The position numbers and the translations under genes are program-made. The notes under the pieces were generated by a model. It was not told the origin of the DNA. It did not search any database and saw only the letters and a program-made list of their open reading frames with translations. Shown piece after piece: positions 1 through 5,859 of a stretch of DNA of 5,859 nucleotides. Numbering within the stretch: the first letter of the stretch is position 1; every line of letters begins with the position of its first letter. The DNA lies in NCBI GenBank assembly GCA_905250045.1, contig CAJNOG010000082.1, positions 312,512 through 318,370 on the forward strand. Direction: 5' to 3'. Source of the stretch: Adineta steineri. Its lineage: Eukaryota.

Positions 1-579
1 TGTTGTTCTGTCACTAAATACTACATTGTTATACTCAATAAATACATATATAGTCTGTGATTTTTAGTAGCAAAATATTCAATAATAGACTTCTGTATCA
101 AATTTGTTATGTTAATACGTGCAGATTTCAGTGGACATATGATTTATTGATTACTTCTAGAGATATTATGATATCAAATAACATTGTAATTATGTTTAGA
201 AGTCATCGGTTTTTATTAACGTTATCTACATATGCTCTCCCTTATTTCTATTGTTGACTATCTATTAAAATTCAACTAGAAAACAAACAAAAAATAATTT
301 ATTTAACACAAACATAAACATATTGTCAGTGCCATTAGATTAATACAACATCAATATTTAAGAAGGGCAACATTTATATTTTTATATAGATAATTTTGTA
401 CACTTTGAAGAGTATCTTAATTTATAATAATTCTAAATACAAGACAGTTTGGTTTTATTTTTCATTCTGTTCTTCTTTCCTTTTCTATAATAACGAATCG
501 TATACGCAATTACATGATGTAATCTAATAACAGAAGTGTGAGCTGACGCAATGCATTTCATTCAGTTGCACTCATTGAC

Positions 580-591
580 AAAAAAATAAAA
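580..591 (-). terminator. Probable RNA polymerase III oligo-T terminator of the tRNA gene
   Basis: The minus strand immediately 3' of the discriminator base reads TTTTATTTTTTT. Confidence 0.75.
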
Positions 592-663
592 TGTCTCGGC
601 CAAGAATCGAACTTGGATTACACGATCTTCAGTCGTGTGTCCTCACCATTAGACCACCGGGAC
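592..663 (-). tRNA. tRNA-Phe-like (anticodon GAA), possibly atypical or pseudo
   Basis: The reverse complement GTCCCGG TG GTCT AATGGTGA GGAC A CACGA CTGAAGA TCGTG TAAT CCAAG TTCGATT CTTGG CCGAGAC A folds as a 72-nt cloverleaf. It has a 7-bp acceptor stem with one C-A mismatch (position 4), a 4-bp D stem, perfect 5-bp anticodon and T stems, and U33 before anticodon GAA (plus-strand 628-630). A-box-like TGGTCTAATGG and B-box-like AGTTCGATTCT are present. No CCA is encoded. Confidence 0.88.
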
Positions 664-737
664 ATTTCTCATTTTTTAGTTCCTCTTTAACATTATTATT
701 TTTCTCATTTTCAAAATAGTTCTTGTGTTGTATTATT

Positions 738-743
738 TTTATT
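738..743 (-). promoter_or_regulatory. Candidate polyadenylation signal AATAAA for gene A
   Basis: Plus-strand TTTATT at 738-743 gives AATAAA on the minus strand, about 165 nt downstream of the TAA at 908-910. The motif is common in AT-rich DNA. Confidence 0.3.
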
Positions 744-907
744 CATGTTATTTCAAAAATCAAACTTCTCAAAATGAAATTGAAAAGTTGTTTAAGTTAC
801 AAAGAGTAAAAGTTTGATCGTGAGTGTTGAAAAGTAGGCGTCAGCTCGATGCATTTATACAGGGTATGACTGTGATTATTAACCTCAATCTGATAACATT
901 CATTCGT

Positions 908-1786
908 TTACTCATTATTAAATGACAGAAGTCTTTTAGCAGCAACGATATTATTTCGATATGTTGATATTTTCGAATCATCGTTACATAATATCTTTAA
1001 TGCAAAATTTATTGCTTTTTCATAATTTTCCAGAGCCATATGATAATTTGATGAAAACATATAAGCAGTACCGATACTGCTATAAATATCCGCAATATCT
1101 ATATAAGAAGGTGATAGTACATTCGTATCAAGTGCTATTTGTAATGATTTTCGAAAATATTTAAGTGCCAGTTTGCATTTATGAGATCGTGCGTAAATAC
1201 CAGCCATATTATTATAAACTTTCGAAAGTAAGCTTACATCTGATGATTCTTGATTTCTATGTTCATACAATGCTTTTTTGTAAAAGTTTAATGCTTTTTT
1301 AAGCTCAAATTTATCATCGTAAACCCATGCAATATGATAATAGATTACACTTAAGTCTTTTTTTTGTTTCTTATGAATAACTAATGCTTTTTTAAAATAG
1401 ATCAATGCTTTTGAATAGTAGCGTTTTGTGTGATAGATCAAACCTATTCTATTATGAATATCATCGATAATTGAATCAATGTTTGATGGAAATGTTAAAG
1501 CATTTGCAAAATTTTCAAGTGCTTGATCAAGATCGTTTTTATCGTAGTAAATCAATCCGATTTGATAATACAACGATCCTAATTCTCGATTATCCTTCGT
1601 GATATATGTCAATGCTTTTTGATAAAAAATTAAAGCGTTTTGATCATCTTGTTTACTATGATATAATGAACCGATGCTGATACAGATGGATGTTAAATAG
1701 GTTGAATTCGATTTCACTTGTAAGTTGAAAGCTTCGATGAGATATGACAATGCTCTATCGATGTCACCTTGTTTAGTATAGACAAA
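908..1786 (-). CDS. In-frame continuation of gene A: C-terminal TPR array downstream of the internal TGA (readthrough extension, or 3' part of a recently disrupted gene)
   Basis: It is in the same frame as 1787..4390 (4390-1750=2640, divisible by 3). Translation immediately after TGA is FVYTKQGDIDRALSYLIEAFNLQ..., continuing for 292 codons to TAA at 908-910. The ORF-track start at 1750 is a TTG, not an ATG. Confidence 0.8.
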   Translation of the reverse strand, partial: FVYTKQGDIDRALSYLIEAFNLQVKSNSTYLTSICISIGSLYHSKQDDQNALIFYQKALTYITKDNRELGSLYYQIGLIYYDKNDLDQALENFANALTFPSNIDSIIDDIHNRIGLIYHTKRYYSKALIYFKKALVIHKKQKKDLSVIYYHIAWVYDDKFELKKALNFYKKALYEHRNQESSDVSLLSKVYNNMAGIYARSHKCKLALKYFRKSLQIALDTNVLSPSYIDIADIYSSIGTAYMFSSNYHMALENYEKAINFALKILCNDDSKISTYRNNIVAAKRLLSFNNE

Positions 1787-3055
1787 TCATATTGTGCTTA
1801 ATGTTTCTTCAATTACAGGGTGATCAATTGTTAAATGTTGTTTTTTTATATCTAGTGATTTTTCGAAATGAACGAGTGCTGTAGTAAAATCATGATTCTT
1901 TTCGTAAACTTCTCCAAGACCATAATATATATCTGCTAAATCTAAACTGACACTTGATTTATCAAATTTTAACTCGAATTTTAGAGCTTTTTTAAAATAT
2001 TTCATTGCTAATTTCATATTTAATTTATTTTGATAAGCAGTGGCCATATTATAATAAACAATTCCCAATAATTTCTTGTTATTATTCATTGATAATGTTA
2101 ATGTAAGAGCTTTTTTAAAATATTTTAATGCTATCATGTATTTTTCTTGTCCTTTAAATAACTTGCCAATGTTACAATATGATAAAGCTGTGTCTGCTTG
2201 TACTCTTGCGTTGGATAATAAACCACATCGAATTTTAAGAGCTTTCTTATGATTGATTAAAGCGGATGTAAAATCACCGAGATCATTGAAACATTCTCCG
2301 ATATTATTATAAATGGCGGCTAAATCTATATGATTTGAAGGTAAACATTTTAATAATATATCTAATGCTTTTTGGTAACATTCCAATCCTTTCTTATGAT
2401 CATTCTTGTAATCATATACTTGACCAAGATTACTATAACTAATTGCTAATGCTTGATGATCATTTGGTAAAGATTTCAATCTAATTTCGAGTCCCTTTTC
2501 AAGATATATTTGAGCTTTTTTAATATTTTGAATCGATAGATAGACTTCTCCAATATTGTTATATTCATTCGCTAAATTCGGATGAATTTCCGAATAAAAT
2601 CTTCTTTTGATTACTAAAGCTTTTTTGTGATATTTTAAAGCTAATTTTTTCTTTCCTATGTGATTATAAACATTACCTAAATGATTGTATGTTGTGGCAA
2701 AATGAAATTTATAGTACGGGTGATGTTTTCGTCGAATTTGAAGTGTTTTCCGATGAAATTTTAATGCTTGAGAATAATTACCTAATTCTTCGTAAACATA
2801 TCCAATGTCATTATATATAGCAGCAAGCTGAACAAAATCATATGGTATTAATAGTTTTTGTAATTTGAGCGCTTGTTTATGATTTTTTAAAGCTTTTAAA
2901 TATTCACCCTTTTCTCTATATATTCCTCCAAGATCATTTTTAATTGTTATCACATCCGGATGGTCAGTCGGTAATTCATCATATAATAGAGTATAAAATT
3001 CTTCTGCTTTATTTAGATCACCCATTTCAAACAGAAATTTTGCCAATGTTAAAAT
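970..3055 (-). repeat. TPR array, about 17 units in protein space, interrupted by one TGA
   Basis: Recurring pattern [IV]Y...G.y..AL..h.KAL.i.........ia..Y.niG. Units 2-6 are exactly 42 aa; units 7-10 are 44, 41, 43 and 42 (counting the TGA as one position); units 11-14 are 39, 38, 38 and 38; unit 15 is 42; unit 16 is 44. Confidence 0.88.
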
Positions 3056-4378
3056 ATCTGTTGTTTCATCCATTTCATATTTTAAGTCGTCTATTAATTC
3101 ATCTTTTATCAAATTGATTTCATCTTCACATAATATTAATTTAACAAACCAAATATCATCAGTAAATAGTTCGACTGATTTAATTCGAAATATAGTACCA
3201 ATCGTAAATAAAACTTCATTTTCAGTTTTTAAATGACTATATTTTTGTATATTAACAAACGGTTGTTTTGATAATTTAACAGGACATTCAATTTCAAATA
3301 GAACTGATTCAATCAATGGTCGACCAGTTCCATTACCAGCAAAATCTACTGCAACAGCAGATGAGAGACTTGTCGATATAAAACTATTCATTGCTACTCG
3401 ACCATTAATATTATCTTTCAATTTGTTTAATTCAGCTACAGTCAATCCTTGTCCACGATAAACAGTTAAAGCTTTAGTCTTATCTAATGATTGAATATAT
3501 TCAATATGTAAATTTTTTAGACGATTATGGAGATCAACAAGAACAAAACGAAACTGAAATATAATTGAAATATCTCGTGTCCTCAGTGCTCGATTTAATA
3601 AACGATAAAGAAATGCATCACGTGTATACCATTCAATAACATTATCTGCATTATAAGTATTTTCAAATTCTTGTATTCTATTTAATTCAATTTTATCTTC
3701 TCGATATTCATGTCGACATTGATTGAGAAGATCTCGACGTGAAATAGATGTTAATGGCATACGATTTAATATTTCAATTAATAATTGATACCACATAAAC
3801 AATGTTTTTTCTTCATCTAAATTACGCATTGAAGTTTCTTCACTTGACTGTTTTGCTGGTATTATTGATATTGGAATCATTTTTGTATTAAATTCTACAT
3901 CTTCATTCAATTTTGTCAAAAGTTCTTGTTTATTAATAAAAATACCTCGTATTTTATTTGAATATAATTTAATCCATTCTTCATGTTTTTCTTTGTCTTT
4001 ACAGAATATATAAATATGGATAATATTTGTTTCATTATGAATAAATGGTAAAATCTTTTTACAATATGAACCAGGCAGTATAAAAAGAATATTTTTTGAT
4101 GTATTTTGGAAAGATAGTAAGTAGTTTATACATGAATTAATATTGGAAATTTTTTTTAAATAATTTCCAATAGAATGTAAACGACCTTTCCTTTTGAGAT
4201 AATCACCATTCTTTGGATCAAACCAGACAACAGTTAGGCTCTGAATAGGATTGCTTTTGGCTAATGTGTTTGATAGTTTTATTTTCTTTGGTATACAATC
4301 ATCAAGGGATAATTTTTGTTTACGCTTCTTCTTCAACAAAGACGAATTATTCGATACATGTTCTATTTTTTTTACCAT
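1787..4378 (-). CDS. ADP-ribosyltransferase-domain protein with C-terminal TPR (kinesin-light-chain-like) repeats; upstream part of gene A up to the in-frame TGA
   Basis: Long ORF. The first ATG is at 4376-4378; the track's 4390 start is a GTG. Start context is ACAATGG, with an in-frame stop upstream (TAA, plus-strand 4397-4399). The protein contains VYRG, NSFISTS and TENEVLFTIGTIFRI motifs typical of R-S-E class ARTs, followed by about ten TPR units, mostly 42 aa. Confidence 0.9.
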   Translation of the reverse strand: MVKKIEHVSNNSSLLKKKRKQKLSLDDCIPKKIKLSNTLAKSNPIQSLTVVWFDPKNGDYLKRKGRLHSIGNYLKKISNINSCINYLLSFQNTSKNILFILPGSYCKKILPFIHNETNIIHIYIFCKDKEKHEEWIKLYSNKIRGIFINKQELLTKLNEDVEFNTKMIPISIIPAKQSSEETSMRNLDEEKTLFMWYQLLIEILNRMPLTSISRRDLLNQCRHEYREDKIELNRIQEFENTYNADNVIEWYTRDAFLYRLLNRALRTRDISIIFQFRFVLVDLHNRLKNLHIEYIQSLDKTKALTVYRGQGLTVAELNKLKDNINGRVAMNSFISTSLSSAVAVDFAGNGTGRPLIESVLFEIECPVKLSKQPFVNIQKYSHLKTENEVLFTIGTIFRIKSVELFTDDIWFVKLILCEDEINLIKDELIDDLKYEMDETTDILTLAKFLFEMGDLNKAEEFYTLLYDELPTDHPDVITIKNDLGGIYREKGEYLKALKNHKQALKLQKLLIPYDFVQLAAIYNDIGYVYEELGNYSQALKFHRKTLQIRRKHHPYYKFHFATTYNHLGNVYNHIGKKKLALKYHKKALVIKRRFYSEIHPNLANEYNNIGEVYLSIQNIKKAQIYLEKGLEIRLKSLPNDHQALAISYSNLGQVYDYKNDHKKGLECYQKALDILLKCLPSNHIDLAAIYNNIGECFNDLGDFTSALINHKKALKIRCGLLSNARVQADTALSYCNIGKLFKGQEKYMIALKYFKKALTLTLSMNNNKKLLGIVYYNMATAYQNKLNMKLAMKYFKKALKFELKFDKSSVSLDLADIYYGLGEVYEKNHDFTTALVHFEKSLDIKKQHLTIDHPVIEETLSTI
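3116..3808 (-). other. ADP-ribosyltransferase (R-S-ExE) catalytic domain of gene A
   Basis: R312 in VYRGQG (codon at 3455-3457), S339 in FISTS (3374-3376), E390-N-E392 in SHLKTENEVLFTIG (E392 at 3215-3217). Boundaries are approximate. Confidence 0.85.
3896..4243 (-). other. N-terminal alpha/beta domain of gene A
   Basis: Approximately aa 50-165 of the supplied ORF: SLTVVWFDPKNGDYLKRKGRLHSIGNYLKKI...CINYLLSF...NILFILPGSYCKKILPFIHNETNIIHIYIFCKDKEKHEEWIKLYSNKIRGIFINKQELLTKL. It shows alternating hydrophobic strands and helices of receiver/Rossmann-like character. Boundaries are approximate and the fold is inferred. Confidence 0.5.
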
Positions 4379-4472
4379 TGTCAACTTCACGTTAAATTAA
4401 AGCACCACATCCATAAAAAATAACATTATACATTGTTTTTGAGTCTAAAAATATTAAATACAGAATTTTTTT

Positions 4473-4510
4473 CTGTTGACAGAAAGGAAGTGGAGAAAGA
4501 AAACGTTTTA
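4473..4510 (-). promoter_or_regulatory. Candidate 3' splice acceptor (5'-UTR intron or spliced-leader trans-splice site) upstream of gene A
   Basis: The minus strand reads ACGTTTTCTTTCTCCACTTCCTTTCTGTCAACAG, a long pyrimidine-rich tract ending in CAACAG. The AG is at plus-strand 4473-4474, about 95 nt 5' of the ATG. Confidence 0.4.
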
Positions 4511-5106
4511 TGTTACTTTAATTCTTTTCTTCTTCTACAAAAATATAAATGAAGAATGTTATTCAAAATAAGCAACAAGAAGCAGAATATACAATTATAA
4601 CACTCATGTTAACTGGCAACGTTACTTGTTGGAAGACAATTATATTAAAAATTTTGGTTATATTCTATGATTCGACATCTATGCCGTGCTCACAGAAAAG
4701 GAGTACAACATAGAAACGCATATACTCAATGTTTATCGTTAACGAGGAAAAGAAAAAGTATAGACTGTAGTGGTGAGAAAGACAAATAAAAAGAAAAGAA
4801 AATGGTGGAAGATATTTATACAGGTGAAAGTCACGTGCTTTGACAGTGATTTCACTGATTGTATTATGATTTTTTCTTGAGAAAATTTCATAGACTTTTA
4901 GTGCAAATGAAAATATGTAAATATTAATAAAACAAAAATAATGTCGTTCAGATAAACTTATTGTCGCTACTGGAGATCCCTCACAGATGTCAGTCTTATG
5001 ATTTTGACAAATAAGTTTTCAGTTTTATGAATGAGTGGCGCACGAAATATTGATTAAAATTTTGTGAAAAAAAAATACAATCACATCTAACAAAACAGTT
5101 CTTTGT

Positions 5107-5859
5107 CTAATCATCATCATCATCATCGTCGTCATCGTCTTGTTTTACTGTTTCACATTCGCGAAGATCAATTTCAGCATAATTAGGAGCAAGTCGACGT
5201 ACTGCCGTAATAAAAAATGCTGTGTATGGACCAACTAGAACTTCCTTTTCATGTTGATATTCGGATAAATTTTCGATATTTAATCCCGTTCGATGATTAA
5301 TAATTTCAAATGTGCATAGAGCAGACAGTTTCACTTGATCACCGTGTTGTTTTTCTCGATTTGTTGCTTCATTTCTGGCGAATTCTTCAGCTGTCTTACG
5401 ATCTGTTGTTGTTGATAAGAACGCTTTATTCATGATCTTTTTTCCTACCATGTACTCCTTAAGATCATCATGAGTTACAGTCATCCCACGATAAACTTTG
5501 CCTTTGAATGCCAATGAGTCGAAATCTGGATGATTGTAAAAAAAATCAATAAAATAGGTCAAACCAAAATTTGTTCCTTGATCAAAATGTCTCGTAGCTA
5601 AGTCTTTGTTTAAATTCACGTAGAAACCTGATTCGACTGTATAAGCTCGAAGAAGAGCCTTTGGATCATGTTGCACTTGATTGAGAAAGGTACGAATACG
5701 CTGTTGATCTGTATGAGACATTTCATCTCTGATGTGTTTTATGCGATGTTCTATATTTTTCGGCGTCCATCCAAAGCCTTTATGTCGAAATCGATAATCA
5801 TTTGCTAATTGTTCAGCTGCTGCATCACATTTCATCCAATCAATATGACCTGAATCTTC
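5107..5859 (-). CDS. Second ADP-ribosyltransferase-domain protein (gene B), 5'-truncated by the window edge, with a poly-Asp C-terminus
   Basis: The ORF ends in TAG at 5107-5109. Motifs are VYRGMT (R116, codon 5488-5490), KAFLSTT (S141) and YQHEKEVLVG (E196-K-E198; E198 at 5242-5244). Upstream of the track's ATG (5833-5835) the frame stays open to the window edge, reading EDSGHIDW-M. Confidence 0.88.
   Translation of the reverse strand, partial: EDSGHIDWMKCDAAAEQLANDYRFRHKGFGWTPKNIEHRIKHIRDEMSHTDQQRIRTFLNQVQHDPKALLRAYTVESGFYVNLNKDLATRHFDQGTNFGLTYFIDFFYNHPDFDSLAFKGKVYRGMTVTHDDLKEYMVGKKIMNKAFLSTTTDRKTAEEFARNEATNREKQHGDQVKLSALCTFEIINHRTGLNIENLSEYQHEKEVLVGPYTAFFITAVRRLAPNYAEIDLRECETVKQDDDDDDDDDD
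5110..5139 (-). repeat. GAY trinucleotide repeat encoding Asp10 at the C-terminus of gene B
   Basis: The plus strand reads (ATC)6 GTC GTC ATC GTC, giving minus-strand GAC GAT GAC GAC (GAT)6 immediately before TAG. Confidence 0.9.

Noticed and set aside
57-257. Plus-strand ORF of 66 aa in the supplied track.
   Set aside because: Short, low-complexity hydrophobic translation in AT-rich DNA, with no recognisable motif. Probably a chance ORF.
592-663. tRNA with an inverted anticodon arm (TTC read from the plus-strand orientation, i.e. true tRNA-Glu).
   Set aside because: In the minus orientation the loop CTGAAGA has the required U33 and purine 37. The inverted loop TCTTCAG would place C at position 33, so Phe(GAA) is the better reading.
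961-1164. Plus-strand ORF of 67 aa.
   Set aside because: Antisense to the well-supported TPR coding sequence of gene A, with no motif. Probably a by-product.
1748-1750. Treating 908..1750 as a separate gene starting with Met.
   Set aside because: The codon at 1748-1750 is TTG on the minus strand. The frame is continuous with the upstream ORF and the start would fall mid-TPR helix. It is a continuation, not an independent gene.
1787-1789. TGA as selenocysteine or a reassigned codon.
   Set aside because: No SECIS-like element was identified by eye. A stop at a structural Gly position of a TPR is not a plausible Sec site, and no other internal TGA supports reassignment. A GGA-to-TGA substitution is simpler.
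4388-4390. Gene A start at 4390.
   Set aside because: The codon is GTG. In a eukaryote the first in-frame ATG (4376-4378, context ACAATGG) is the more likely start.
4391-5106. Possible mobile element between the two ART genes.
   Set aside because: No transposase-like ORF, convincing terminal inverted repeats or target-site duplication could be found by eye. The region only shows A/G-rich low-complexity stretches.
908-5859. Prokaryotic toxin/antitoxin, CRISPR or phage defence operon containing ART genes.
   Set aside because: The nuclear-type tRNA has pol III A/B boxes and a terminator, and the intergenic DNA is long and AT-rich. The metazoan-style KLC/TPR-ART architecture and the absence of ribosome-binding sites, direct repeats or other operon partners also argue against it.

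Overview
The window looks eukaryotic: AT-rich, a nuclear-type tRNA with internal promoter boxes, and metazoan-style domain architectures. The protein style (an N-terminal alpha/beta region, an R-S-ExE ADP-ribosyltransferase and kinesin-light-chain-like TPRs) resembles the large ART families I associate with bdelloid rotifers; this is a recollection and was not searched. Everything substantial is on the minus strand. (1) Gene A, about 4378 down to 908, encodes a basic/NLS-like N-terminus, an alpha/beta domain, an ART domain (R312, S339, E390-N-E392 in the supplied ORF numbering) and about 17 TPR units. The ORF track splits it into two ORFs (1787..4390 and 908..1750). These are in the same reading frame and separated by one in-frame TGA (1787-1789) at the conserved Gly position of a TPR unit. 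The apparent 'start' of the downstream ORF is only an internal TTG. (2) Gene B (5107 to beyond 5859) is a second, smaller, divergent ART with the motif R-S-E-K-E and a 10-residue poly-Asp C-terminus. Its frame is still open at the window edge. (3) A 72-nt tRNA gene (592-663) has anticodon GAA (Phe), but its D-arm resembles Glu-type tRNAs and it has one acceptor-stem mismatch. The most notable findings are the single-TGA interruption of an otherwise intact ART-TPR gene, the change in TPR period at that stop, the pair of dissimilar neighbouring ART genes, and the chimeric-looking tRNA-Phe(GAA).
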